A stretch of 62,253 nucleotides of DNA, counting the filler. It is 12 parts of 12 records of this genome, joined end to end, with 100 filler letters (N's around TTAATTAATTAA, not from the genome) between each part and the next. Parts side by side here need not be neighbours in the genome. Positions count along the whole stretch, not along the records: positions 22,810 to 29,426 come from SRR7504441_6771; positions 29,527 to 34,124 come from SRR7504441_6793; 10 more parts are not named here. One strand, 5' to 3'. Of the stretch, positions 22,710-34,224 are shown piece after piece. The notes under the pieces were generated by a model. It made no database searches. It was not told the origin of the DNA and saw only the letters and a program-made list of their open reading frames with translations. Positions within the stretch are counted from its first letter, which is position 1. Each line of letters begins with the position of its first letter. Both the position numbers and the translations under genes were made by a program.

Positions 22710-22809
22710 NNNNNNNNNNNNNNNNNNNNNNNNNNNNNNNNNNNNNNNNNNNNTTAATTAATTAANNNNNNNNNNNNNNNNNNNNNNNNNNNNNNNNNNN
22801 NNNNNNNNN
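22710..22809. other. Artificial contig-joining linker
   Basis: N44-TTAATTAATTAA-N44. Confidence 0.97.
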
Positions 22810-22931
22810 TCTGATTGCGCTCGAAGCGGGCGTCACCTGAGGAAATTCCGATGCTTAGTCTACCAGATACATGCATACTTTTAATTATTATTTTTATTTT
22901 TTTTACGCGTACGGCGTCCACAACGGCAGCC

Positions 22932-24584
22932 ATGCGGGTGCTCTCCGTGGCGGTGCTGCTCTGCGGCGCTGCGGCGCAGCTCGAGATCAGCGTGGACTGG
23001 TCGCGGCCACGGCTCCGCTCCCGGACCGCAGCTACAGTTGAAGTGGACGTGATGCCGTTCCTGGCTCGGCAGCCGGCCACAGCCCCAACCATCAGGCAGC
23101 ACTACGGCGGACCTTTCCGAGCGTACCAGCAGGCCCTGGCGGGGCTCAACGCCTCGCTGGTCCGGTTCGCCCCGTGGTGCCCCAACCCGCGGCTGGTGGT
23201 GCCCGAGCTCCGCCCGCCGGACTGCACCAGCGCGGCGCCAACCTCTAACTGGAACTCAAGCTTCCTGGACCAGCTTCTTGGCGACTTCATGCGCACAGTC
23301 TGCGGGCCAGAGGCGGCGCGCGGGGGTTGCGCCCGGCTGTCGGTGGTGATGCAGCTCTCCACTATGCCGGCATGGCTGTACGAAGGCGGGATGCGGTTGG
23401 ATCAGATCCCTGCTAACCCGTACGTGCCGACTCCGGGCGGCCACAAGCAGTACGAGCAGGGCGCGGCGCTAGTCGACCCGAGCTGCCGGTCGATGGCGGA
23501 GCACATCGGTCGGGTGGTCGGATGGTTCACGCAGGGCGGTTTCCACGACGGATGCGGCCACTGGCACGGCAGCGGGCTGCGGTACCGCTGGTGGGGGCTA
23601 TCAATCCTGAATGAGGACGAGCACCAGATCAAGCCGGGCGGCGGGGTGGCGTACACCCGCTGCTTTGACGCGGTCCGCCAGGTGCTAGGCGGCATCCACC
23701 CGGATCTGCGGCTCATAGGGCCTGAGATCTCCGGCAGTGCGAGCTACCCGAGCAGCCAGTTTGAGTACCTGGCGTACTTCATGAACCGGTCGCACCACCA
23801 GGATGGCGTTGCCCCGTCACTTGGCTCATACCACGTCGGGCTCAATCTGGACAACGCCAGCGCGGCCCAGGTGTTTGAGAGCTGGGACGCCGTGCTTGAA
23901 GGGTTCGCCCCCGCGGCTGACAAGCTGCTCGGGCCGAATCAGCAGCTGCTGCTTAACGAGTTCGTCAACTCGGTCCAGGACTGGTGCGCCACCCCGCACA
24001 CCAACGGCTGCCCGGACTGGCAGCAGCCGAGCACTGCCGGCGGCGACCCGGACCTGACCCATGGGAAGGGGGTGCACATCAACCGAGAGACCTGGTCGTG
24101 GAATGCGGCGGCCGGAGTGTTCGCGTACGCGTTCGGCACGTTGGCTGAGCGGGGGTACCTTCTGGTGGGGCAGGACCAGCTAGTGGCTGGGACCTGGCCG
24201 GACAACGAGCCGGCGGTCGCTATGCTGGATTGGATGACCGGCCAGCCCAACGCAAAGTACTTTGTCACCCAGCTGCTCGCCTCCACAGTGGGGGCAGCCG
24301 CCGAGAAGACGCTGTACGGGCTCAACAACTCGGACCCGTCAACGGTGTATGCGCTGCCGTTTGAGATGACTGCGGGCGGCAAGGGAGCGTTGCTTGTCAA
24401 CAAGAAGCCGAGTCCGGTCAAGCTCAGTCTGCTCGGCCTGGCCCTGGGCAGCCAGGCCACCGTGGTCGAAGTGGCCCCGGGGTTCAAAGGCGGGGCCGGG
24501 TTTGCGCCGCCGACCAAGCGGGTGCTCGCGCCGGATGGGGGCTTGGAGCTCGGGCCATTTGCAGTAGCGGTTGTCTTAGAGTGA
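22932..24584 (+). CDS. Secreted clan GH-A glycoside hydrolase (GH39-like), intronless
   Basis: Signal peptide MRVLSVAVLLCGAAA. Candidate acid/base ILNEDEH and nucleophile LLLNEF, plus LIGPE and SYH motifs and a C-terminal beta-sandwich (LLVNKK). Confidence 0.7.
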   Translation: MRVLSVAVLLCGAAAQLEISVDWSRPRLRSRTAATVEVDVMPFLARQPATAPTIRQHYGGPFRAYQQALAGLNASLVRFAPWCPNPRLVVPELRPPDCTSAAPTSNWNSSFLDQLLGDFMRTVCGPEAARGGCARLSVVMQLSTMPAWLYEGGMRLDQIPANPYVPTPGGHKQYEQGAALVDPSCRSMAEHIGRVVGWFTQGGFHDGCGHWHGSGLRYRWWGLSILNEDEHQIKPGGGVAYTRCFDAVRQVLGGIHPDLRLIGPEISGSASYPSSQFEYLAYFMNRSHHQDGVAPSLGSYHVGLNLDNASAAQVFESWDAVLEGFAPAADKLLGPNQQLLLNEFVNSVQDWCATPHTNGCPDWQQPSTAGGDPDLTHGKGVHINRETWSWNAAAGVFAYAFGTLAERGYLLVGQDQLVAGTWPDNEPAVAMLDWMTGQPNAKYFVTQLLASTVGAAAEKTLYGLNNSDPSTVYALPFEMTAGGKGALLVNKKPSPVKLSLLGLALGSQATVVEVAPGFKGGAGFAPPTKRVLAPDGGLELGPFAVAVVLE

Positions 24585-24847
24585 TTCAATTCAATCCGGC
24601 GTGATTGCGACTTTATGATGATTTACACTTGTAATCATGAATTATACGTGTACTCGTAAAATATCAATACGATGATTACGGTTAGATTACGGTCAGTATA
24701 CAATCGTACGAGTATACCGCATACTCGCACGTGATGATTATTATTGTCCAATCGACCACAAAGAGTCGCTGAGTGCCACCGGAGCCAGTTTCGCGTCGGT
24801 GTCTAGTACAAGCTAAACTACCATGTTATTACAGTGCGGTACTGTGC

Positions 24848-25672
24848 TCAGCCCTTCTCCGGCGTGTGTTCGCCCTGCACTGTCGTCCTATGCAGCACGC
24901 GCAGCCCGCTCGTCTCGGGCGGCGCCTGCGTGTCCGGGTGCGCGTAGTGCGCCACCGCCAAGTTATCTATCAGCGCCAGCTCGCCCAACTCCCACTCGTG
25001 CGTGTACGCGTGCTTGCCAAGCTCACTGGTGATCTCAGCCAGCAGCTCGCTCACCTGATCCGGAGCCAGCACCGCCCGCGCCGACCCTTCCTGTCGCCTA
25101 TAGTCCACCGCGATCCCACGGGCAAAGTGCGGCCCGCAGTGGAAGCACATGGTCGGTCGGCCGTCCACGGGGTGCGGCCAGACCAGCGGATGGACGATCC
25201 CGCCGTCTGTCACGAACCAGAGCCGCTCCCACCGCTCGCGAGTCTGAGGCTCCAGCCCGTCGAGCACTTCGTTCAGCGGAGCGAACAGAGTGGAGCCGCC
25301 CTTGTTGACTGCCCAGAAGTGCATGGTCTGCACCTTGAACGGCCGCGCCATGAACGAGCCGTCGATGTGCCAGCCGCTCCTGCCCACGTTACGGCAGCCC
25401 TGTTGCTCGTCGTTGCTCACACGGAAAATATCCGGGTGCGGCGAGGCCGGGTGCTTGTAGAAGGTGGACTCGATCTTCCCGAACCACTCGCTCACCCGGA
25501 GCTGGGCCTCTGCCGACAGCTTGCCCTGGTCCTTTACGATCAGCAGCCGGTGGGTGTGCAGCGCTTGACCGAGCGCCTGTGCCAGCCCCGGCTCGATGCA
25601 TCCGCTCGACAGGTTGAGCCCACGGACGAACGCCCCGAACGCTGGCGTGATCGGCTCCAGCGAGAACGACAT
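24848..25672 (-). CDS. TauD/TfdA-family Fe(II)/2-oxoglutarate dioxygenase, intronless
   Basis: WHIDGSF, GGSTLF, HPLVWPHP, HEWELGELALIDNLAVAH, RVLHRTTV. Confidence 0.9.
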   Translation of the reverse strand: MSFSLEPITPAFGAFVRGLNLSSGCIEPGLAQALGQALHTHRLLIVKDQGKLSAEAQLRVSEWFGKIESTFYKHPASPHPDIFRVSNDEQQGCRNVGRSGWHIDGSFMARPFKVQTMHFWAVNKGGSTLFAPLNEVLDGLEPQTRERWERLWFVTDGGIVHPLVWPHPVDGRPTMCFHCGPHFARGIAVDYRRQEGSARAVLAPDQVSELLAEITSELGKHAYTHEWELGELALIDNLAVAHYAHPDTQAPPETSGLRVLHRTTVQGEHTPEKG

Positions 25673-25809
25673 GTGTGCCTCCGCTCGACAGGCTGAGCCT
25701 CCCGGTCTCAGGCTACAGTCGTACGGCTGACCTCGGGGCCGTTAGAGTTCCGTTTTTAGAGTCGTAAGAGTGCCCTGACAGCAGGAGGAGGAAGGGCAGG
25801 CGGGGCGGG

Positions 25810-26903
25810 ATGCCGGGGAAGGAGAGCGGGATCGTGGTCAACCTGAACAACTACGAGTCGTCGTACGCGGTGGTCCACCGGGCGGTGCTGGGCAAGGGCT
25901 GGACCATCGCTAAGAAGCAGGGCGAGTTCTGGGACGTAGGCTGGTCCGACTCCAACAAGGTGGTCACCGCGGTCAAGAAGATGGCCGACCACAAGTTCCT
26001 GATCCCGGTCCAACGGATAAACCACTTCCCGGCCAACAAGCACATCTACCGGAAGGATCTGCTCGGCCGCAATTTGAACGCGATGCGGGCGGTCTGCCCG
26101 GAGCATTACCAGTTCCACCCGGCCACATGGAGCTTGCCCAGCGAGCGCCCGCTGCTCCAAGACGCTAGTAGCAGTCCAACCACCGATTGCGAAAGCGTAC
26201 AACGAGCTGCTTGCTGGGCTGGCCCCAATACACGATGGCTCTCCAAAGGACGGCTCGCTCTGCTTCGAGGTACCGGCCAGGCCAGGCGGGGGCGAGTGAG
26301 TCTCAGGTGTTTGGATTCGACGTGATGCTCGATCACGAGCTCAGGCCGTGGCTGCTAGAAGTCAACCACACGCCCTCGTTCCTGGGGGGGACCAAACTGG
26401 ACAATGCGTGCAAGAGCAAGGTGGTGAGCGGCGCGCTCAAAATCGTCCAGCCCTCGCTCAAGCGCAAGCCGGCGGTAGTGGCGGCAGTCCGGCAGGCGAG
26501 AATCGCGGCCCAGTGCCAGGCAGCTGTCGATAAAATCCAGCGCGGCCGGCAGGCGAGGGAGGCCAGCAATGGTCTGACCAGGGGCCGTTCCGAGAGCCGG
26601 AACAGCACGAGCGACCTGCCGGAGGAGCCAGTGCCGAGTGGGCAGCCGGAGTGGGCCGGAGAGCCATCGCCCGAGGAGCTTGCGGAGGAAGCGGGCTCGC
26701 TGGGGGAGGAGGACGGGCCCATGGAGGGCCAGGCGGGGTCGAGCTGGGCGGAGGCGATGGGTATCGAGTCCAAAATGGGCCAGGCTAAGTGGTACTGCAT
26801 TTTCAACCAGCTGGATGGGAAGCACCTTGCACGGTACGGGCACCTGATCGACGCGGCCACGAGTAGATGGGCCGATGAGCTTGCCGAGTCCGGCAACAGC
26901 TAG
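25810..26903 (+). pseudogene. TTLL6/13-like tubulin polyglutamylase lacking the central catalytic segment (pseudogene or misassembly)
   Basis: QRINHFP..IYRKDLLGRNLNAM..FHPATWSLP is joined out of frame at ~26159 to KTLVAVQP..LCFE|VFGFDVMLD..PWLLEVNHTPSF. Confidence 0.7.
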
Positions 26904-27070
26904 CGCATCTAATACTAGTAGCAATGTGGTTTTATTTATATTTGTGAACTTACCGGCAGTGTTGCTGGCATTATTAATAACGACTCCTCATGATCACGGA
27001 TACAATCAAGTACATGTACGCAATATATTTGGGCAACACTTTGGCGCTTGGTGGGAAACCACGGCGGAGC

Positions 27071-27810
27071 TCAGACCTCGGTCCGCTCGAGGTATGCCAC
27101 CAGGTGGTCCGGCTCGTTCGGCTCGTCCACATCAGGGCTGCATTCCCAGGCACAATTCCACAGAAACTGGCCTTTCGCGTCCAATTCATCAACCGCCTGC
27201 CCTCACTCGCCCCGCACAACGGCCCGGGCTGCCTTCGGCGACAGCACTGCCACCTGTCGCGTGGTCTCACACGCGCACAGTACCTGCCCGGCCATCGGGC
27301 GCGGCAGCCAGCCGGCGGCCACCCCGCCGTTTGTGCTGCTGGTTAGCTGCACAGAGACGTCGTACGGTCCTCCTCGGAAGGCTGACCGCCAGTGAGCCGC
27401 GGCCGGGGCCGCCGGGCACCGGGGTACGGCTTGGCGTGCCACTGGGCCGCCTGGTCGATCGTTGGCTTCATCCTGAGGTCCGGCCCCAGATAGGAGTCAC
27501 GGGCCAGCTCGGCGCACTGGCCGGCTCTCAGACCCAGCACCGAAGGGGGGGGGGACCCGGAGAGCGTAGGTGCCCTTCTCTGACTTGATCAGCCGCCACA
27601 GGCTGTTGTCGTCGGCGAAGCTGCCCGAGGCTCGCAGGGGGCGGGCGGTGGGCCGCACCCGGCCAGGCATGGGGTGCCGTCCTCGACCGCCAGGCTCTGC
27701 GGGTCGGCTGCCGGGTCGAACGGGACCCGGCGCCACGAGCCCACGTAGTACCGGAGCTCGCTCGCGAACATCGGGTCGTCCGAGGCTTTGCTCGGCGAGG
27801 AGGAACTCAT
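27071..27810 (-). CDS. Small hypothetical protein with about 5 mini-introns (possible beta-trefoil-like segment)
   Basis: MSSSSPSK start at 27810. Exons joinable by 30-40 nt introns, reading DNSLWRLIKSEKGTYALR..AAQWH and ending ..YLERTEV*. Confidence 0.5.
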
Positions 27811-27891
27811 CACCTCTGCCCGACTGCGAGCCGCAACGGCAGCTCGTCGGCGTGCCGTGGACCGTGTGGTGTGGCCACCCACCCGCGCGAG

Positions 27892-29426
27892 ATGTCCCCG
27901 GTGGACAATCATGAGGAGCCGGAGCCGGGGGCGGGGGCGGAGGACTCGGTGTCGCGGAGGTCTACCCCCAGGAGTGCAGCGCTGGCCGCCAGCGATACGA
28001 TGGAGAAGCGGGGCTCGATGGTGCCGCAGCTGGAGGGGATTGGCCGGACCACGCGGACCAGCGTAGACAAGTGGTGGCGGCGCATGATCAGGTGGTGGAT
28101 GCGGGGCGGGAAAGCGCAGAGCGGGATCCGGATGTCGTCCGACCATTTGGCCGGGCTGAAGGTTTCACAGTACAGGCTGATCCCTTGCTTTCAGCACCGA
28201 GTGCCGAGGTGGGCCGCCGAGGCCGAGCTGGTCTTCCGGCGGTACCTGGCCTGCTGCTACGGGGCAGCGATCCAACGGACGTACATCCTGCTGGCCTTCT
28301 GGTTAATGCTGTTCGCCATCTCCTGGTTCGTCCGGGCTGCGAACAACGTAAGCATCGATTACGATGGCGGCACGGTACTGGACGAGAATGCGAAAGCAAG
28401 AATGCGGCGGTACCGGTACGAAATGGCCGGGGTGACGGTGATGGTTGCGCTGCTCTGTGTTGGGGCTGCGTTCCTCTGGGGTAATAACTACTACCAGATG
28501 GCGCACACAGTGTTCCGGCACGACTGCCTGCAGTTCACCTCAGCTGCGATCATCTGCGGCTACCTCGTGAGCCCCGGCCGGGCGCGGCTCAACGGGGGCA
28601 GGTGTATGCGATGGCCAACAGCGACCAGCAGGTGGAAGACCCGGTGCTGGATGTGTTCTTCAGAGAGGCTTGGTGGTTGAGCGCGACCTTCACAGCGATC
28701 TTGATAGTAAGCACTTCGAGCTACAGCAGGGCTGGGCTGCTATTTGGGCCGTCCGCGCTGCTGCAGGCCATCACGATTGGGTCGTGGATGTACTTTGCGC
28801 ACGGGTTCACTTCGTACGTGGCTAGTATTGCGATTATACTGGTGTTGACCTACTTTGCATGGTCTGCCGAGATTGCGCTGCGCCAGAATTTCATCCTGCT
28901 CAAGGTGGGCGGCATCTACAGGAATCAGTTCTTGCTCGCGGCCACGCCGCTCTACAGCGCACCGTGCACGATTGTGACCGAAGCCACCGACATATACGCT
29001 TCAAAGCAAGTCGCCATCAAGATGACTGCAGACGAGCACAGCTTTGTGAACGAGTGCCGCCGACGCGGATTTCACAGCACCAAAATCGCCGATTTCATGG
29101 AAGATTACATGGAAGGGCGAATCAGTTCTATGTCGAGCATAGGGAGCGGGCTGGCGGAGGCTGATCAGCGGCAGTTGGACCCACAGTGGGTGCTTCCGCT
29201 GCTGGAGGCTCACCTGCCAGAGCTGCGCGACTCGCTGACCAGATCGCGCTCGGATAGCCATGAGCAGGTCGAAAGCAGCTGCTGGGACTGGTGTGATCCG
29301 CACGAGCAGCGGGCGACCCAGGAAGAGCTTGCGCTGGCCGACTTGCTCCGGACAAGCTTCGTGCTGGTGATGCCACTTGGGGATGGCACGCTGCACGATG
29401 TGATATACAAGCAGGACTTTGCGGGC
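27892..29426 (+). CDS. Multi-pass membrane protein with protein-kinase domain, 3'-truncated
   Basis: About six hydrophobic helices, then QVAIKM..FVNE..WVLPLL..FVLVMPLGDGTLHDVI (kinase N-lobe and hinge). Confidence 0.7.
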
Positions 29427-29526
29427 NNNNNNNNNNNNNNNNNNNNNNNNNNNNNNNNNNNNNNNNNNNNTTAATTAATTAANNNNNNNNNNNNNNNNNN
29501 NNNNNNNNNNNNNNNNNNNNNNNNNN
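29427..29526. other. Artificial contig-joining linker
   Basis: N44-TTAATTAATTAA-N44. Confidence 0.97.
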
Positions 29527-30898
29527 GGGGCTCTACCAGCATGATGTGCCACCCAAGACACTGGCAGCCGCACTCGGGCAGGCAACCACCGAGCTGCGCT
29601 CTCAATTGCTGAGCTTGAGCAGGTAGTCGAATCAGTAGTGAGTCACGTCGGGGTTGATTTGAACACAGCCAGTGCTGCACTGCTATCAAGAGTAGCCGGC
29701 CTCAGCCCCGCACCGTGGAGCGTGTGGGTAAATAGTGTAAATGTGGAGCTCGACGGGCTCGCCTGTCTTGCCGACCACTGCGAGTTTACACCCGCTCTTG
29801 AAGCCTGGATCAATGCCCATCACCACTTTGCCTCGCACAGGCGGCGTGAGGAGCAGCGCCCGCAGGTTCTGCTCGAATGTCTTGACGGCTTCAGTCACAG
29901 CGGTGTCAGTTGCACCTCTTCGCAGTTCGCGAGTCACAGACGGCACCAGCAAGCGCTTGCACGCGTCAGCGACTGTAGAGTCTAGCAGCTTGCGCAACTG
30001 AGGGTTGGACTGGCTTGGATGCAGATTCAGATTGCTAAGGACCGTCTGCTGGACTCGCTGGTCTGGAACCGTCACGTTCAGCCGGAGCACCTTCTCCCGC
30101 TCGGCTCGGTCCAGCGCAAGCACCTGCTCTGCCTGATCGAGCGGCCGGCGCTAGCCCACCTGGTGCGGCTGCACTCGGCCCACTGCCACCTCGAACTGGT
30201 GATAGTCGCGGTACCGGCTAGCCTGCCCACCCGCTGGCTATCTACGGGCGGTTTGATTGCCTTCGGGTGCTGCTTGTCTTTGAGCGTGCTGCACAGTCGG
30301 GCTGCCCGGGTCGCCTCTCGCCGGACTGCACTTCTGACGGCGGTGCATTCTGCCACGCGCTCGGCCAGCACATGCCCCACCGCCTGGAGCGCCGCCTGGC
30401 GGGACTCGAACTGGCCTCGGTCGAGCAGCCGGCGGATCTGATGGCTCAGCTCGCCGTCGTGCCGTATCTTGGCCTCGAACAGTTGGTCCCCCAGCGGCCC
30501 GGCACCCTTGTCTCGGGCGGCCGAGCCCAGCGTGGCCTTCTTGGGTCGGAATGGCAGGTACAAGTCCTCCAGCTGCGGCCGATCAGCCCGGCCGGCAGCC
30601 GCTGGTACACCTGGTGCAGGCTGCTCGCCCGCTCCAGCGCCGCCTCCAGCGCCGGGGTCAGCTTGCCCTGGCCGCTGATCGACTTGCGCACCGCCGTCCG
30701 CCGAGCAGCCAGGTTGGCAGCGGCGGCCAGCTCGCGCTGCACCGCCCGGATGGCGTGCTCGTCCAGCCCGCCGGTGGCATCCCGCCGGTACCGAGTGATG
30801 AAGGGCACCGTGTCGTCCTGCTCCAGCAGCCTGGCGGTCGCCCGCACCTGACCCTCTTTGAGGCCCAGCCGCGCCGCCACTGCAGCGTGCAGCGCCAT
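29527..30898 (-). CDS. SRBD1: Tex/SRBD1-family RNA-binding protein, 3'-truncated
   Basis: TVPFITRYRRDATGGLDE, LEDLYLPFRPKK, VLALDRAEREKVL, VMGIDPGFKSGCKLAVV, YVGVDLNTAS..LLSRVAGL. Confidence 0.9.
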
Positions 30899-31011
30899 CG
30901 CAGGGCGGTGGTTCCGGGAGGACCGGGCACTGCAGCGGCCGGGTCCGTTGAAAGGCTCGGCGACCGGGCTGCGGGGCTTGCGGCAGGCAGACGTAACAGC
31001 ACAGCAGCAGC

Positions 31012-32362
31012 ATGGGGATCGTAGAGAAGATCAAGGAGATCGAGCATGAAATGTCTCGGACCCAGAAGAACAAGGCCACCGAGGGGGTGCCCCGGCCGGG
31101 CCAGGCCAGAGCGACTGACTCGGCCGCTGGCAGCACCTGGGCAGCCTGAAAGCCAAGCTGGCCAAGCTGAGACGGTGCAGCCTGCCTGGAGGCCTGCTGA
31201 GCGGCTCCGGGCCCCAGGGAGCTGCTGGAGGTGCCCAAGAAAGGCCCTGCGGTCCGCTTGCTGCCGCCGGCTCCCGTGCCAACCGGTGCTGCAGGGCGAG
31301 GGCTTCGATGTGATGAAGTCTGGCGACGCCCGGGTGGCTCTCATCGGCTTCCCGTGAGTTGCGGTGCTGGGCCGCTGATCTCGGGGCGCAGGTCGGTGGG
31401 CAAGTCGACCTTGCTGAGCACGATCACCAAAACCAAGTGGGCGCCAGCCAGACGCGGCCCAACCTGGCCGGCAGATCGGAGACAGCTTCGTACGAGTTCA
31501 CCACCCTGACGGCAGTGCCGGGAGTGATAGAGTACAAGGGGGCCGAGATGCAAGTGAGTGCCGGCTGTTCGGGTCGCGCTCAGCCGTGTGGCAGCTGCTG
31601 GACTTGCCGGGGATTATCGAAGGCGCCGCTCAGGGCAAAGGGCGCGGCCGGCAGGTGATCGCCTGTGCCAGGACGTCCGATATGGTGCTGATGATGCTCG
31701 ATGCGCTCAATGGCCCGCTGCAGAAGAAGCTGCTTAGCAAGGAGCTCGAGGACGTTGGGATCAGACTGAATCAAGAAAAGCCCAACATTTACTTCAAGCC
31801 CAAGAAGACCGGCGGACTCAAACTGACCGCGACAGTGCCGTTGACGCACCTGGACGAGAAGCTGGTTCGCCGAGTGCTGAGCGAGTACAAGCTGCACAAT
31901 GCAGACATCATAATCCGGGGCGACTACAAGGTGGATGAGCTTATAGACGTGATAGAGGGCAACCGGGTGTACATGAAGTGCCTGTACTGCTTCAACAAAA
32001 TAGACACACTGACCATCGAGGAAGTGGACCAGCTGGCCCGGGAGCCGTATACAGTGGTGATCAGCTGCCACCAGGGGCTCAACCTCGGGCACTTGGTCGA
32101 GAGGATCTGGGACACGTTGGGGATGGTTCGAGTTTACACCAAGAGGCGAGGAGAGCCGCCCGACTTTACAGAGCCGCTCGTGCTACGACAGGGCGCAACA
32201 GTCGAGAATGCGTGTCATGCAATTCATAGAACCATCACTGATACGTTCAAGTATGCTCTGGTGTGGGGCAGCAGCGCAAAGCACCGCCCTCAAAGGGTAG
32301 GACTAATGCACCAACATGAGGACGAAGATGTGATTTGCGTTGTTCAAAAAGGGAGCAGCTAA
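31012..32362 (+). CDS. DRG2: Developmentally regulated GTP-binding protein (DRG2/RBG2-like), 6 introns
   Basis: [58 protein letters not shown] domain. Introns 31087-31133, 31175-31217, 31252-31294, 31354-31391, 31437-31474, 31554-31594. Confidence 0.93.
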
Positions 32363-32623
32363 GAAGACGGGTCCTGAAGCTAATCTTATTCTAATCTTAG
32401 TAGCAGAGTACCGACTAGAGTACTGAAAACGTCTGTTGAGTACGTGAACAAGCAAAGAAGTATACGGAGTATGCCACACGTGTGTTGTTATGTTTAGAGT
32501 TAAGACCTAATTCTCCGGAGGCACTGGCCGGCTCAAATGAAACTAGCCTCAAAATTCTATCTTTTATAGATCTCTAAGATCTAACGCTACACCTACAAAT
32601 GTACCACCGGCAATAGTACAAGT

Positions 32624-33817
32624 CTAACCAAATCGAGCAATCAAAGTAGCCGCCACCACTCTGTTGCTCTCAACCTGGCCAGATAAACTGGCCGCTCCTG
32701 TAACCACAACTGCAACCGCCGCACTGTCCTGAACTGTACAAAGCTTCTTTATCATGCGACGGACCCCGGCACTTGTGGTAGTACCTCCTACTGTATCATT
32801 ATCAATTTTAACGTTCTCAGGAGCTGCCCTGTGCAATTCACCACACTGCACTAGAAACAGACCGCGGCAGGTGGAGTGAGTCGAACTCGCTTCCACGTTG
32901 CCACCCGGCTAACGGATCGCGTGATGACTGCTTGCTGATTCTGTTCGTCTTCGGCCTGTCTTTTCCTCCTCTCATGCTGCTCTGCTTTCTGCTTGAATAC
33001 AGCTCGCTCTGCTCGGATCCTCTGGGCCTCGTCCTGAGCCGCCTTCCACTCGGCTGCCCGCCGGGCTTCTCGCCTCCGCACCTTCTCCATAGCTTCAGTC
33101 AACCGTTTGCTTTCAGCCTCCTGTTCTGCCCTCCTCTGCCGTGCCTCCTCCTCCTCAATTAATCGCCGCCTGGCTGCCATCTCCACCGATCGCTGCTTCG
33201 CCAGATCTTCAGCCGAATACAAATAAATCGGCACAGACGTCTCGCTGGCTTCCACAGGCGCCGCCGTCGCTGGCTCCGGCGCAGGTGTAGTCGGCGTTGC
33301 AGGGGTGGATGGAGCAACTGTCTGGTCGCGCCGCTTCTTTGGAGAGAGCTTTTTGCCGTTCGTGTCCTTATCTTGACCTGTATATTCCTCCCAATCCTGC
33401 CGCCAGCTCGGTCAGACCACGGCACCGTTTTAACTCCCAGCAGGCGGGCAACTATACCGGATGCTTCCTCAAGTACTCGTGCAAGTTCTTCCTGAAGGGC
33501 GCAGAGTTCCCAGATAGCTTCCTCTTCTCCCGCCAGTTCCAGATCGTCACCCGCTTTTCGGCATTGTTTTCATGCTCGAGCACCGACTTGACAAGCTTGG
33601 CGGAGCTGGAAGCCTGTCGACCAGAGAGTACTCGGGGCACTTCAAGGATCGACTTGGGCGATTCGACACGCTCCTCGTCCTCGCCCATCGCCATGAACGA
33701 GTACGAACTTGAGTTATCGGACATGTCAGCTTCGGAGGTGATGTAAGCTTCGTCGGGCGTGATGTCCATGAAGCTCACGTCGCTGAACACGTCGCGACGC
33801 TTGAGATTCCCCGCCAT
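32624..33817 (-). CDS. BRK-domain-like + coiled-coil protein, multi-exon
   Basis: EKRVTIWNWREKRKLSGNSAPFRKNLHEYLRKHP|DWEEY resembles BRK, followed by an E/R-rich helix. Confidence 0.55.
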
Positions 33818-34124
33818 ATCTCCTACAGACCCTGTGCAAAACAACACCAGTGAGCCCAGATTCCGAGGGTTTGGCAGGAGGGGTGGCGTGTGGCGCGCAA
33901 TCCGCTTTCGAGGGCGGATGGCACAGTTGTGACCGAGGCTCTAGAGGCAATTGCGGCCCAATCCGAAACCCGATGGCTAAACCGGCTGGGGTAGGCCGAG
34001 TACAAGGCCCGAGTGTAGCTATCACTGAAAGAGCAGGCCGAGGCATCCCCCGGGCTCGAGCCAAACCTTGCAATCCATCGAGGATCGAAGCTGGCCGGGG
34101 GCCGGCAAGATTTGTATCGCCGGC

Positions 34125-34224
34125 NNNNNNNNNNNNNNNNNNNNNNNNNNNNNNNNNNNNNNNNNNNNTTAATTAATTAANNNNNNNNNNNNNNNNNNNN
34201 NNNNNNNNNNNNNNNNNNNNNNNN
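34125..34224. other. Artificial contig-joining linker
   Basis: N44-TTAATTAATTAA-N44. Confidence 0.97.

Noticed and set aside
31087-31594. Introns as copies of one introner transposon family
   Set aside because: Lengths are similar, but I see no shared internal sequence or terminal inverted repeats among the introns compared
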